A DNA stretch of 64,000 bases from Synergistaceae bacterium (GTDB lineage Bacteria > Synergistota > Synergistia > Synergistales > Aminobacteriaceae): positions 516-64,515 of the forward strand of contig JAFSXR010000030.1 in NCBI GenBank assembly GCA_017443985.1. The letters run 5' to 3'. The notes beneath the pieces are model-generated. The model was not told the origin of the DNA. It worked only from the letters and a program-made list of their open reading frames with translations, and did not search any database. Of the stretch, positions 1 through 10,260 are shown in pieces. A program made the translations under genes and the position numbers. How positions within the stretch are numbered: position 1 is the stretch's first letter; the number at the start of each line of letters is the position of its first letter.

Positions 1-168
1 GTGAGCAGTCTCGCAAATATCTCCGAACAGACTTCAGCGACAAACGAGGAAGTAGCCGCGTCAATAGATGTTATTGCCGAGAACGTTAAACAAGTTGCGA
101 AAGACACGAACACTATTAACGAACTTGCAGGAGATTTGCGCGAAGCCGTATCGCATTTTGAAGCATGA
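1..168 (+). CDS. methyl-accepting chemotaxis protein, C-terminal fragment (5' end outside window)
   Basis: Frame 1 is open from base 1 to TGA at 166-168. The translation ..SLANISEQTSATNEEVAASIDVIAENVKQVAKDTNTINELAGDLREAVSHFEA looks like the conserved MCP signalling-domain tail. Confidence 0.7.
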   Translation: MSSLANISEQTSATNEEVAASIDVIAENVKQVAKDTNTINELAGDLREAVSHFEA

Positions 169-250
169 CCCGCCGGACACTTGTTTCTAATTTTTGGTAG
201 CGTAATTTGTTGTAGTGAAAAATTTTTTTCCGAAAGTTAATTAGGAGGGA

Positions 251-793
251 ATGAAAAGTATGAGTGATTTTAATTATTGGATTATTGTTGTTGATGACGA
301 TGTAGCTAACTTAATGCTGGCGGGCAATACCATGAGCCGTAACGGTATGCGTGTAACCGCTTTGAAGTCCGGTAAAGCACTGCTTGAATACATTGAAAAA
401 AATGACGTGCCCGACCTGTGCCTGCTCGATATTAAAATGCCCGACATGAACGGCTTTGAAACTCTGAAGGCTTTGAGGGCAAGTGAGAAGGGCAAAGACA
501 TTCCCGTTATCTTCTTAACGGCTGATGATACTCAAACGGCAGAGACTAAGGGGCTTACGCTCGGCGCAATGGACTTTATAAAAAAGCCTTTTGTGCCTGA
601 AATACTCGTTCTGCGTGCAAGACACATTATAGACTTGGTACGGCTTCAAAAAAATCTCGCTCATGAGGTTGAAGTTAAGACGGAAGAGCAGCGAAAATTT
701 TTTGTCCATGTCCTGTCGGAATTAATACGGCGCGGGAAGATTACAGCTTCTGACGTTAAGGAAGTAAGCGGATATGATTTTTCACCGGATTAG
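251..793 (+). CDS. response regulator, CheY-like receiver domain plus short C-terminal extension
   Basis: IIVVDDD, LLDIKMPDMNGFE and PVIFLTA..KGLTLGAMDFIKKPF are the receiver-domain hallmarks (acidic pocket, phospho-Asp, conserved Thr/Lys). SD AGGAGGGA lies at 243-250, so ATG 260 is an equally plausible start. Confidence 0.85.
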   Translation: MKSMSDFNYWIIVVDDDVANLMLAGNTMSRNGMRVTALKSGKALLEYIEKNDVPDLCLLDIKMPDMNGFETLKALRASEKGKDIPVIFLTADDTQTAETKGLTLGAMDFIKKPFVPEILVLRARHIIDLVRLQKNLAHEVEVKTEEQRKFFVHVLSELIRRGKITASDVKEVSGYDFSPD

Positions 794-3050
794 GGCACTT
801 TGGCGGCTTCTGGGGATTTCCATTTATAACGACGGCGAACGGCGGAGGCGGAACTTAAAGACCATTTCCTGTATTGCGCTTATTATGGAGATACCGGCGT
901 TATTTGGAGCTGTTGTTTATTTTTTCACACCTTTACGGCCTTTCGCAATAGGGTGCATGATTTATTTCGCCTTCAATATCGCGATTTTTTATCTGGCCGC
1001 CGTTAAAAAAAATCGTGAATTAGCCGTCAGGTTCACCGTTATTCTTGCGTTAGTAGCCTCTACAAATATAGCGTTGTTTGCTAGAAACGGTTTTGCGGCT
1101 CATTGGACGCTTCTTTTTCCGCTCGTTATCTGTTATCTTTGCGATGTTCGTTTAGGGATTTTGAGTTCTTCCTATATGACTTTTCTTTTTATGGCGTTGT
1201 ATTGGACACCACTGCGGGTCTTTATGAAGGGCATGGGTTATCCTCCGATATTCTTTTCACGTTTCCCGTTATTTTATCTGATAATGTCGCTGAACACGAT
1301 TTATATAATGATTGAATATCATGTAAACATTCTGCATCAGATATTATATGAAAGACAGCTTGAAGCGGCAAGAGACGAGGCGCGGGAGGCTAATCAGGCG
1401 AAAAGTGAATTTCTTGCAAGCATGTCCCACGAGATTAGAACGCCAATGAACGCCGTATTAGGAATGAACACAATAATTTTGCGCGAATGTCAGACGGCTC
1501 ACGAGTTGCTGAAGGGAAATTCAGAGGCGTTGAAGATTTTAGAGAATATAACTTCGAGTGCAGGAGACATTGAGAACGCCGGAAATAATTTGCTCTCACT
1601 GATTAATCAAATCCTTGACTTCTCAAAAATCGAGGCCGGAAAAATTGAAGTTGTAGAGAGCAATTACAAATTAAGCTCCGTTTTGAATGACGTTAGCAAC
1701 ATGATAGCCTTTAGGGCAAAGTCTAAAGATATAGAATTTAATATTGATGTTGATGAAAACCTCCCTGACGTTTATTTCGGCGATGAAATGCGAATGAGGC
1801 TCATAATACAAAACCTCCTTACTAACGCCGTAAAATATACTGACAGCGGAAGCGTGGATTTTTCAGTCAGCAGAGCAAAATCAGAAGTAATTAAGCCCGG
1901 CAGCAATATTTTATTGAAGATTGTAGTTAAAGATACCGGCATTGGAATTAAGAAAGAGGATATCGACAAAATTTTCAGGCGTTTTGAGCGCGTAAACCTC
2001 GAACACAACAGCACGATAGAGGGCACAGGGCTTGGCCTTGCTATTGTCCAGCTGCTTTGCAGCAAGATGGGCGGAAAAATTAATTTAGAGAGCGAATACG
2101 GCAAAGGCTCAACGTTTACTCTGACAATCCCTCAAAAAGTTATCTCGTGCGAGCCTGTTGGAAATTTCCGTGAAAAATTTGAGCAGAGCATTATCAATAA
2201 AGCGCATTATCACGAGTTATTCAGAGCACCTGACGCGCATATTTTAATAGTTGACGATACCAATTTTAATTTAGTTGTTGCTGTCGGCCTGCTGAAAAAG
2301 ACTGAAATTAAAATTGACACGTCATTAAGCGGTGCGGACGCTGTTGCTTTAGCTAAAGAATTTTCCTACGATTTAATTCTCATGGATCAGAGAATGCCCG
2401 AAATGGACGGGACGGAAGCACTGCATAAAATTCGTGAGTTTGATAAGAATACGCCCGTAATCTGCCTGACAGCCGACGCGATTTTAGGAGCAAGGGCGCG
2501 GTATTTAGCTGAGGGCTTCACTGACTACCTGACAAAACCTATCGACAGCGAAGCTCTTGAAAAACTGCTCTTGAAATATCTTCCAGAAGAAAAAATTATT
2601 TTGGTTAAAGAGACCGAAGAAAAAACTACAGCAGACGAAGCCAACGACTTCATTAAACTTAAAGAAAGCGGGATTGACGTTGAAACAGGGCTCGGATATT
2701 CGCAAAATGACGAGGCATTGTACCGCGCTTTATTGAGCGAATATGTTTCAAGCTCCGATGAAAAAATTAATTCCCTCAAAAAATTCTGCGCGTCCGAAGA
2801 TTGCCGACAGTATGCTATAGTCGTTCACGCCCTCAAAAGTTCATCGCAAATGATAGGAGCAAAAGACCTCTCCGATGTCTGCGCACGACTCGAAAAATCA
2901 GCCGACAGCGGCGACATTGAAACACTCCAAAATAACACCCCCGCCATGCTTGAATTATATGAGAAGATTATCAGCGCGATTAAATCTGCCGATATCTATC
3001 AAGAAAAAACTCATGAAGACGATGAGATTTTAGAGTTTTTCCCCTCCTAA
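774..3050 (+). CDS. hybrid sensor histidine kinase (multi-TM sensor, HisKA, HATPase_c, receiver, Hpt)
   Basis: The hydrophobic N-terminal ~190 aa is followed by the H-box FLASMSHEIRTPMN. N/G boxes are NLLTNAVKYT, DTGIGI and GTGLGLAI. A receiver domain follows (ILIVDD..LILMDQRMPEMDG..LTA..K), then a C-terminal Hpt-like HALKSSSQMIGA. It overlaps the upstream RR gene by 20 nt. Confidence 0.9.
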   Translation: MIFHRIRALWRLLGISIYNDGERRRRNLKTISCIALIMEIPALFGAVVYFFTPLRPFAIGCMIYFAFNIAIFYLAAVKKNRELAVRFTVILALVASTNIALFARNGFAAHWTLLFPLVICYLCDVRLGILSSSYMTFLFMALYWTPLRVFMKGMGYPPIFFSRFPLFYLIMSLNTIYIMIEYHVNILHQILYERQLEAARDEAREANQAKSEFLASMSHEIRTPMNAVLGMNTIILRECQTAHELLKGNSEALKILENITSSAGDIENAGNNLLSLINQILDFSKIEAGKIEVVESNYKLSSVLNDVSNMIAFRAKSKDIEFNIDVDENLPDVYFGDEMRMRLIIQNLLTNAVKYTDSGSVDFSVSRAKSEVIKPGSNILLKIVVKDTGIGIKKEDIDKIFRRFERVNLEHNSTIEGTGLGLAIVQLLCSKMGGKINLESEYGKGSTFTLTIPQKVISCEPVGNFREKFEQSIINKAHYHELFRAPDAHILIVDDTNFNLVVAVGLLKKTEIKIDTSLSGADAVALAKEFSYDLILMDQRMPEMDGTEALHKIREFDKNTPVICLTADAILGARARYLAEGFTDYLTKPIDSEALEKLLLKYLPEEKIILVKETEEKTTADEANDFIKLKESGIDVETGLGYSQNDEALYRALLSEYVSSSDEKINSLKKFCASEDCRQYAIVVHALKSSSQMIGAKDLSDVCARLEKSADSGDIETLQNNTPAMLELYEKIISAIKSADIYQEKTHEDDEILEFFPS

Positions 3051-6000
3051 CTAAACTTGATGTTTCTTCCAAGTGATTTAAGATATTTTTTGAAGCCGTC
3101 AGGAACTCCCTCGCCCTTGCAAAAAATTTTAACCATTCCCTTTTTTACTTCAACGCGCTCAACGCCGAAATCATGACCGAATTTTCTCACGGCTGTTAAT
3201 CCGGCCAAGTAATTTACTTCATACGGCAGAGGCCCGAAGCGGTCGCGCATTTCATTAATCAATGCCTCGAACTCGTCAAGGCCGAGCGCGTTTAACATTC
3301 TCCTGTAAGCAGTAATTCTCACGTCGTCCTGCGGAATATAATTTTCAGGAATAAATCCGCTACCCCTGTCGGAAATAATTTCAGTTTCTGAATTTTCACT
3401 GACCCCCCGAAGTTTATTAATTTCCTGTTCCAGCATTTTATAGAATAAATTGAAAGAGCTGTTGCGCGAACTGCCGTGCTGTTGAGTTCCGCCAATCTCG
3501 CCGCCTCCGCGAATGTCTAAATCCCGTCGCGCAATCTCATAGCCTGAGCCTAAGTCCGTCATGGTGGCAATGGCTTCGAGCCTGTCCGCAGTGTCCTGAT
3601 TTAACGCGGCTTTGTCGGGATAAAAGAAATAAGCGAATGCCTTTTCGCCGCGCCTGCCGACTCGCCCCCTTAACTGATACATTTGAGCAAGGCCGAGCTC
3701 TTCGGAGTTATCGATTATAATCGTGTTCGCGCGTCCGACATCAAGACCGCTCTCGATAATCGTAGTGGCCAGCAAAATATCGACATTGCCCGAATAAAAA
3801 TCAAGCATCGCCGCTTCAAGTTCTTTTTCAGGCATTTGCCCGTGTGCATGTTGAATTTTAGCGTCCGGGAAAAAAGCTCTTAACATTTTTTCATATTCGG
3901 GAATGCGCGAAATTTTATTTGAAAGAAAATAGACTTGGCCTCCGCGATTTAATTCGTAAGTAATTGCGCGTCTGATTGTGCCCGGATTAAATTTGCCCGT
4001 GAAAGTCGCTACCGGCAGTCTGTTTTCAGGGGGCGTGGACAAAACCGAAATAGTACGCAGGCCCCTCAGCGACATTGCCAAAGTACGCGGAATGGGCGTT
4101 GCCGACAAGCTCAAAATATCAACGGAGCCGTAAGTCTTTTTTAATCCTTCCTTGTGCATGACGCCGAAGCGGTGTTCTTCATCAATTATTAAAAGCCCTA
4201 AATTTTTGAAAGATATTCCCTTCTGTAAAAGTTTATGAGTGCCGATTAAAATATCTATTCTGCCTTCTGACGCTGATTTAATGACTTCTTTTGACTGTTT
4301 AGGAGTGATGAAGCGCGACAACAGGCCGACGTTAATCGGAAAACCTGATAATCTCGATTGAAAAGTCGAGTAATGCTGTTGAGCCAATATCGTCGTGGGA
4401 ACGAGGACGCAGACCTGAAAGCCCGACATTACGACGCGGAAAGCCGCCCTCAAAGCTACTTCAGTTTTGCCGAAACCGACATCGCCGACTAATAATCTGT
4501 CCATAGGATACGGACTCGATAAATCTTTCATGATTTCATTGACGGCTTTCAACTGGTCGGCAGTCTCGTTAAACTGGAACGACTTTACAAAATCATCGTA
4601 CATTGCGTCAGGTTCGTTAAAGGGCGTTCGTCGTTCAAGCTCTCTGTGCGCGAAGATTTCCATCAAAATTTTTGCCTCTGCTATCGCTCGCTCATGGGCT
4701 TTTTCAGCGTTCTTTTTCCATGTTTTGCCTTTTAGACTGTCGAGCTTTACCGCCTCGCTCTGGTGTTCGTTCAGCCCCGTAATTTTATTTGACTGCAGTA
4801 CCGGAATTAAAAGCCTCTGGTCTCCTGCGAACTCAATAGCAAGAACGTCCATAGGAACGCCTGAAGCGTCGATAGTCTCAATGCCTCTGAAAATCCCTGT
4901 GCCGTAATCGTCATGAATAACGAGCTGTCCCGGCGATAATTTTTCAGCGTCGTTCCACTCGTTAGGCGCGCGCCACTGCGTTAATTGGACATTCGCGTTA
5001 ATTCCTGAGAGTTCCCTGTCTGAAATAAAAGCGCGTTTCGTGCCAGTGTCAATGAAGCCCGACGATAAAACGCCGTCTTTGATTTCATACGGCAGTTTCT
5101 TAAAAACGGGATTGCTCGTAAAAACTTGAATATTAAAATTATTTTTCTCAAGCTCGTCGCAAATTTTCAGTATATTTTCGGGGCTTCCTTTGAACGCGGG
5201 AAGAGAGTCCGTCATAAATTCCGCGTCAGCCTTTGCCGGGTCGCTTGTAATTCTTATTACGGGGTATGTTGCGAGCTCATGAAAAACACTGTCCCACAAG
5301 CTGATTTCCGAAAAGTTTTTAGCCTCGTCGTAAACTTCGTGCCACAGCCAGCTGAACGAATCGGCCTGAGCCTCAATTTTTTCGGGTTCGTTCAGGATTA
5401 TCATTGTGTCCGACGGAATTAACTCAACGGGCATCTTCATTTTCGCCGCCGTCATTCCGTGAAGGATAATTTTATCGAGTGCCATTAACTCGCTTGAGCT
5501 TTTTTGGGTGTCGGGGCGGTATCCTCCTATGCGTTCGATTTCGTCGTCAAAAAACTCTATTCTCAGCGGAAGAGCATAGGCCGGGTCAAAAATATCGAAA
5601 ATAAAACCGCGCTGAACATACTGCCCCGGTGCCCAGACTAAATTTGAGCGTTTATAGCCGGAAATTTCGAGCCATGATTTTATTTTTTCAGCGTCAAATT
5701 TTTCGTCGCGCCTGATTTCAAAATCCGATACTCCCAGCATACACGAGGACATCAGCGCACCCGGAGTCGATACTAAAATCCCTTTGCTGTCTGCCCAGCG
5801 TCTTAACGTTTCTCCGCGCTCGATTAATAATGCTCTTACGCTGTCGTTCTGCGTACTCAAAGGCAGCTCGTTAAGCATAAAAATATTTAGTTCCGGGTAA
5901 AGAGTTTTATAATCCTGTAAGAACGTAGCGGACTGTAAAGTATCAGGAAAAATTGCGAGCGTATGAGCCTGCGAACGTGCAAGCCACGCTCTGGCACAAG

Positions 6001-6073
6001 GTCCGGCACGCTCCAAAATAACTTTATTTCTTAGTGAACGGTTTAGTGTTTTTACTAGGGGTCTGTTTTTCAT
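3047..6073 (-). CDS. mfd: transcription-repair coupling factor Mfd
   Basis: Superfamily-2 helicase motifs are present (LLVGDVGFGKTEVALRAA, LLIIDEEHRFG, SATPIPRT, QLRGRVGRR), plus a CarD-like region (GQLVIHDDYGTGIF) and a TRCF C-terminus. I place the start at ATG 6073 (MKNRPLVK) because the longer ORF to 6214 would overlap the upstream ABC gene. Confidence 0.9.
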   Translation of the reverse strand: MKNRPLVKTLNRSLRNKVILERAGPCARAWLARSQAHTLAIFPDTLQSATFLQDYKTLYPELNIFMLNELPLSTQNDSVRALLIERGETLRRWADSKGILVSTPGALMSSCMLGVSDFEIRRDEKFDAEKIKSWLEISGYKRSNLVWAPGQYVQRGFIFDIFDPAYALPLRIEFFDDEIERIGGYRPDTQKSSSELMALDKIILHGMTAAKMKMPVELIPSDTMIILNEPEKIEAQADSFSWLWHEVYDEAKNFSEISLWDSVFHELATYPVIRITSDPAKADAEFMTDSLPAFKGSPENILKICDELEKNNFNIQVFTSNPVFKKLPYEIKDGVLSSGFIDTGTKRAFISDRELSGINANVQLTQWRAPNEWNDAEKLSPGQLVIHDDYGTGIFRGIETIDASGVPMDVLAIEFAGDQRLLIPVLQSNKITGLNEHQSEAVKLDSLKGKTWKKNAEKAHERAIAEAKILMEIFAHRELERRTPFNEPDAMYDDFVKSFQFNETADQLKAVNEIMKDLSSPYPMDRLLVGDVGFGKTEVALRAAFRVVMSGFQVCVLVPTTILAQQHYSTFQSRLSGFPINVGLLSRFITPKQSKEVIKSASEGRIDILIGTHKLLQKGISFKNLGLLIIDEEHRFGVMHKEGLKKTYGSVDILSLSATPIPRTLAMSLRGLRTISVLSTPPENRLPVATFTGKFNPGTIRRAITYELNRGGQVYFLSNKISRIPEYEKMLRAFFPDAKIQHAHGQMPEKELEAAMLDFYSGNVDILLATTIIESGLDVGRANTIIIDNSEELGLAQMYQLRGRVGRRGEKAFAYFFYPDKAALNQDTADRLEAIATMTDLGSGYEIARRDLDIRGGGEIGGTQQHGSSRNSSFNLFYKMLEQEINKLRGVSENSETEIISDRGSGFIPENYIPQDDVRITAYRRMLNALGLDEFEALINEMRDRFGPLPYEVNYLAGLTAVRKFGHDFGVERVEVKKGMVKIFCKGEGVPDGFKKYLKSLGRNIKFS

Positions 6074-6077
6074 CTTT

Positions 6078-6827
6078 TCATCTGTGCAGGACTTTAGATA
6101 AAAACTCCTTCGTTCTGGGCTTTTTGGGATTGTTAAAAACTTCGTCTGGAGTTCCCTCTTCGCTGATGACACCGCCGTCAATAAATAAAACCCTGTTAGC
6201 GATTTTGTAAGCAAATCCCATTTCGTGAGTAACTAAATACATTGTCATTCCAGAGTCCGCAAGCTCCTGCATAACGTCAAGAACTTCTCCTATCATTTCG
6301 GGGTCTAACGCGCTTGTCGGCTCGTCAAATAATAAAACTTCCGGGTTCATTGCCATTGCTCGTGCTATTGCAACTCTCTGCTTCTGACCGCCTGAAAGCC
6401 TGTCGGGCCATTCGTCGATTTTATCAGCAAGTCCGACACGCTCTAATAATTCTTTTGCTTTAACGTCTGCTTCGTCCTGCGTCATGATTTTCAGCTGAAC
6501 GGGCGAGAGAGTTAAATTTTTCCTGACCGTCAAATGAGGAAATAAATAAAAGTGCTGGAATACCATTCCCATTTTGCGCCTTACGAGATTTATATCGCAG
6601 GCCGGAGCGGTGATGTCCTCGCCGTTGAAGATAATATGACCGCCGGTAGGCTCTTCCATGCGGTTTAAGCAGCGCAGGAAAGTGCTTTTTCCCGAACCAG
6701 ACGGGCCGATGACCGCAATTTTTTCGCCCTTTACGATTGAAGTATTAATGCCTCGCAGGACTTCTAATTTAGTTCCGTCCTGACGAATGAAAGTTTTATG
6801 AAGGTCTTTAACTTCGATGACTGCCAT
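6078..6827 (-). CDS. amino-acid ABC transporter ATP-binding protein (GlnQ/HisP type)
   Basis: Walker [10 protein letters not shown], signature [14 protein letters not shown], Walker [12 protein letters not shown] and the typical polar-amino-acid C-terminus [15 protein letters not shown]. Confidence 0.9.
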   Translation of the reverse strand: MAVIEVKDLHKTFIRQDGTKLEVLRGINTSIVKGEKIAVIGPSGSGKSTFLRCLNRMEEPTGGHIIFNGEDITAPACDINLVRRKMGMVFQHFYLFPHLTVRKNLTLSPVQLKIMTQDEADVKAKELLERVGLADKIDEWPDRLSGGQKQRVAIARAMAMNPEVLLFDEPTSALDPEMIGEVLDVMQELADSGMTMYLVTHEMGFAYKIANRVLFIDGGVISEEGTPDEVFNNPKKPRTKEFLSKVLHR

Positions 6828-6833
6828 TGAAAA

Positions 6834-7667
6834 TTACCCCCTTCTGCCGCGACTTAGCCATTCTTCGAGCTTGCGTACAACATGCGTCAGGAACAGCACT
6901 ATAACGAGATAAATAATTGCGACCATTACCAAAGGCTGTGAGTGTTCGAGCGTCAACGCTTGGATATTTTGTCCGGCTCTTGTTAAATCGTCAATGCCTA
7001 TGTAGCCTGCGACTGACGTTTCTTTTAACAGAGCTATGAACTCGTTAAATAACATTGGAATGACCGTGCGCAATGCTTGAGGCAGAATTATTAACTTCAT
7101 TGATGTTCCGTAAGACAGACCCAGCGAGCGTGCTGCCTCCATTTGTCCGGGGTCTACCGCTTCAATTCCGCCCCTGAAAATCTCCGCGATATACGCGCCT
7201 GAATTTAACCCGAAGGCTAAAATTGCTATATATTGGGTGTTGAGATTTCGAGCTGACGCAAAAATAGTGAAGTTCCAGATTAATAACTGCACCATAGCCG
7301 GAGTTCCGCGCAGGACGGTTATATAAGCGTTTGCCATAGCGTTTAGTACGGGTATTGGTGCACCGCCTTTATAAGCCACGCGGATAACGCTCAAAATCAA
7401 GCCGACTACGAGCCCGATTAACGTTGCTCCCGAAGTCATAAAGAGCGTAGCCTTAAGGCCGTCAACGAGCATCATATAGCGGCGGTCTTTAATGAAATTC
7501 TGATAGAAACGCCTGTTGAAATCCTGCCACGCGGCGGCCGTGAAAAACCCGGAGCTGTATAACAAATAAAGCAGGAAGAGGGCGAAAATTCCTAAAACCA
7601 GATTGCCCCTGCCTGCTCCCTGCCTGCCGGTCAGGCAAGCGTCATGCCGTGTTAAATTATTTTTCAT
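6834..7667 (-). CDS. amino-acid ABC transporter permease (HisM/GlnP family)
   Basis: Multi-TM protein with the EAA-type loop EAARSLGLSYGTSMKLIILPQALR. It overlaps the upstream binding-protein gene by 11 nt, so the three genes form an operon. Confidence 0.85.
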   Translation of the reverse strand: MKNNLTRHDACLTGRQGAGRGNLVLGIFALFLLYLLYSSGFFTAAAWQDFNRRFYQNFIKDRRYMMLVDGLKATLFMTSGATLIGLVVGLILSVIRVAYKGGAPIPVLNAMANAYITVLRGTPAMVQLLIWNFTIFASARNLNTQYIAILAFGLNSGAYIAEIFRGGIEAVDPGQMEAARSLGLSYGTSMKLIILPQALRTVIPMLFNEFIALLKETSVAGYIGIDDLTRAGQNIQALTLEHSQPLVMVAIIYLVIVLFLTHVVRKLEEWLSRGRRG

Positions 7668-8478
7668 AGTCGTCTGCTCTTACTAAAGCGACCTGCTTTG
7701 CTCCTACGACGTAATTTTCAGAGAAGTCCATGTTTTCCTTGCGTTCTTCGGTTACTGTAATTCCTGCGCAAATCATGTCGACTTTATTTGTAGAAACCGC
7801 CATAGGCAGCGCGTCAAAGTTCATGTTCTCGATTACTAATTCTCTGTCGAGTTTTTTAGCGATAGCCGCGCACATTTCAACGTCAATTCCGATGAAGCCC
7901 GTTCCGACTTTTAATTCATACGGTGCAAAACCGGCCTCAGTTCCTACAACGAGAGTGCCGCCCTTCGCGCCTTTGTTGAAGTCAATGTCTTCGGGCTTGA
8001 TTGAGGAAGCGTCGCCCGTTAAAAAAGTCGTGTAATACTTTTCAAAAATTTTATCAAGAGTTCCGTCCGCTTTGAGCTCCGCGAGGGCCTTATTAACGGC
8101 CTCAACAAGTTCTTTATTGCCCTTTCTAAAACCAATCGCGTAATTTTCTTCTGAAAGCGCGTTTTCCATGATTGCAAGCCCGTCAACTTCATTAAGGAAC
8201 CTGCGTGCAGGCATTTCGTCCATGACAATAGCCCTGACTTTTCCCTGACGGAGTGCCGCGACCGCGTCCGTGTATTTTTCGTACGTCGTGAGCAAAAGAC
8301 TTTTGTTATCTCCTAATAAATCTTCGGCTATGAATTGTCCGACCGTTCCGCGCTGAGCAGCAAGCCTTTCATTTTTAAGCTGGTCAGTTGTTTTCAGCTT
8401 GGCCTCTTCAGCTCCAAAAGCGCAGGCGCAAAACGCGAATAAAAATAAAACTGTTAAAACCGCAAGAAATTTTTTCAT
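7657..8478 (-). CDS. amino-acid ABC transporter substrate-binding protein
   Basis: Signal peptide MKKFLAVLTVLFLFAFCACAFG followed by a family-3 SBP-like sequence (VGTEAGFAPYE, GIDVEM, MICAGITVTEERK). Confidence 0.85.
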   Translation of the reverse strand: MKKFLAVLTVLFLFAFCACAFGAEEAKLKTTDQLKNERLAAQRGTVGQFIAEDLLGDNKSLLLTTYEKYTDAVAALRQGKVRAIVMDEMPARRFLNEVDGLAIMENALSEENYAIGFRKGNKELVEAVNKALAELKADGTLDKIFEKYYTTFLTGDASSIKPEDIDFNKGAKGGTLVVGTEAGFAPYELKVGTGFIGIDVEMCAAIAKKLDRELVIENMNFDALPMAVSTNKVDMICAGITVTEERKENMDFSENYVVGAKQVALVRADDYEK

Positions 8479-8582
8479 GATGAAAATTTCAACCTCCTGA
8501 AAAAAAATTAATTTCTCTTAAAATTTCTGAACAATTATATAACACTTGCTTGAATTAAGCGCGGAAGTCTTGAAAAAGTAGA

Positions 8583-8621
8583 GAATAAAAAGAAACTCCC
8601 CCAACGTTTTAGGAGAGTCTC
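8583..8621 (-). terminator. putative rho-independent terminator after the flavin-reductase-like gene
   Basis: On the minus strand: GAGACTCTCC - 9-nt loop - GGGGGAGTTTC (8 of 10 pairs), followed by TTTTTATTCTC. Confidence 0.45.
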
Positions 8622-8655
8622 ATTACTTTGAAAGAAATTGCACGTTAGAAGTATA

Positions 8656-9249
8656 TCACTTTTTCATATATTCTGCGCCTACGCGCCACGCTTCAGCGAT
8701 TTTTTTGCCTGTCGTGTAATAAGTATTCTGGAACTGGTCGAACATAATCGCGTTTAATTTTCCTGCGTTGATTTTTCCGTTCTCGTCCAAAACTTTTTCA
8801 TCTGCGCTGACGTTCACAATCGTGCCAGTAACTTTTACCTCGCCGAAGCTGTCGCGGATTTCTTCGACTTTGCACTCAAGAGTAACGGGAAATTCCTCGA
8901 TAATCGGCGCGTCAACATGCTTGCTTTTCACGGCATGAAGACCCGTTCTCTCGAACTTGTCTGCCATTACGTTTCCGCTGGCTGTGCCTAAGAAGTCGGC
9001 TTCTTTAACGTGAGCTTCGTCTGCAAGAGCTACAGTGAACGCATTTTTAGCGCGGATATTTTTCAAGGTCTTGCGCTCTGTTGCAAGGTTAAGAGCGATT
9101 TTGTCCATTCCGCAGATATTTCCCCATGCTACGTTCATAACGTCAACTTTTCCGTCCTCGCCGTATGTAGCGACCATTAAAACGGGCATAGGAAAGACTC
9201 CGGGCAAAGAACCTAAATCTTTACGCATTAAAAAATTACTTCCCTTCAA
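8656..9249 (-). CDS. flavin reductase-like / flavoredoxin family protein
   Basis: PMPVLMVATYGEDGKVDVMNVAWG and the overall ~190-aa length fit the FMN-binding split-barrel flavin reductase family. The start may be the internal MRKDLG at 9228. Confidence 0.65.
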   Translation of the reverse strand: MKGSNFLMRKDLGSLPGVFPMPVLMVATYGEDGKVDVMNVAWGNICGMDKIALNLATERKTLKNIRAKNAFTVALADEAHVKEADFLGTASGNVMADKFERTGLHAVKSKHVDAPIIEEFPVTLECKVEEIRDSFGEVKVTGTIVNVSADEKVLDENGKINAGKLNAIMFDQFQNTYYTTGKKIAEAWRVGAEYMKK

Positions 9250-9300
9250 GAATTTTTATGAAAATACTGCGGTATTATAGCACCGACGCCTGTTGTCCGT

Positions 9301-10260
9301 TCACATTGCTAAAATCTTCCATAATTCTTCGTGCGTGCTGAACGAAATTTTTTCTCCGCCTGTGAATTTTCCGATTATCTTTGAAGAAATGCCGGCAGCC
9401 CGTAATTTTTCTTGAGCCTCTGAAATTTTTTCCGGCGCAATGACGGCTATTAACATTCCCGACGAAATTAAATTCATGTAATTAAAATTTAGTTCTTTTG
9501 CCGCACGTAAAGTGAAATCAGATACAGGCATTTCATTTTTATAAATTTCTATGCCCAAGTCCGCGCCCTGCTGAACTTCGTACAAAGCTCCGTTGATGCC
9601 GCCTTCTGTCGGGTCGTGCATGTAGCGCGAGTATTCACGCAAAATTCTTGCAGGTTCGACGACTGAAAAATCATCTCCCCAGCTTTTTATAATTTTTATT
9701 TCGCTGTCATTAAAAATTTTCGTCAATAAATCTTCGCGGTCGTTAGCGATTATGCTCATGCCTTCGAGACCTGCGTGTCCTGTTGCTAAAATTAAATCGC
9801 CCCTTTGGATTTTTTTCGCGCTTAATTCGTAGCGTGTTATTCCGAGCATAGTCCCGGATATTACGGGATAGTCATATTTTTCTGTCAGCTCCGTATGGCC
9901 TCCTGCGATAGCGATATTTAATTTTTTGCAAGCCTCGTGAATTTCCTGCATAATTTTTTTTATGAACGGCACGCCCATTTTGTCCGGCACTATCAGCGTT
10001 ACAACGAGCCAAGCCGGGTCGGCTCCTTTGCAGGCTAAATCGTTAGCGTTTATGTGAACGAGCAGCGAACCGGCATTTTTTGACGCGCCTGTTACGGGGT
10101 CGGAGGCCGCAACTAAAATCCCCTCAGGAACTTTTATTAATGCTGCGTCCTCGCCTATGCCTCCTCCGACTAATAAATCATCTCTCAATGCTCCTGTGAA
10201 GTCTAAAACGCTTTTTTTTAATATGTCAGGCTGTAATTTTCCGGGCATTTTAATCATCAC
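9301..10260 (-). CDS. AIR synthase-related (PurM/HypE/ThiL superfamily) protein
   Basis: GEDAALIKV, DPVTG, NDLACKGADP and IAIAGGHTE are typical of the ATP-binding AIR-synthase-related fold. It overlaps the upstream binding-protein gene by 11 nt. Confidence 0.65.
   Translation of the reverse strand: MMIKMPGKLQPDILKKSVLDFTGALRDDLLVGGGIGEDAALIKVPEGILVAASDPVTGASKNAGSLLVHINANDLACKGADPAWLVVTLIVPDKMGVPFIKKIMQEIHEACKKLNIAIAGGHTELTEKYDYPVISGTMLGITRYELSAKKIQRGDLILATGHAGLEGMSIIANDREDLLTKIFNDSEIKIIKSWGDDFSVVEPARILREYSRYMHDPTEGGINGALYEVQQGADLGIEIYKNEMPVSDFTLRAAKELNFNYMNLISSGMLIAVIAPEKISEAQEKLRAAGISSKIIGKFTGGEKISFSTHEELWKILAM

Noticed and set aside
6074-6214. N-terminal 47-aa extension of the Mfd ORF (ORF track 3047-6214)
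   Set aside because: It would overlap the 3' end of the upstream ABC ATPase gene by ~137 nt, and its sequence has no Mfd-like character. ATG 6073 lies 4 nt downstream of that gene's stop.
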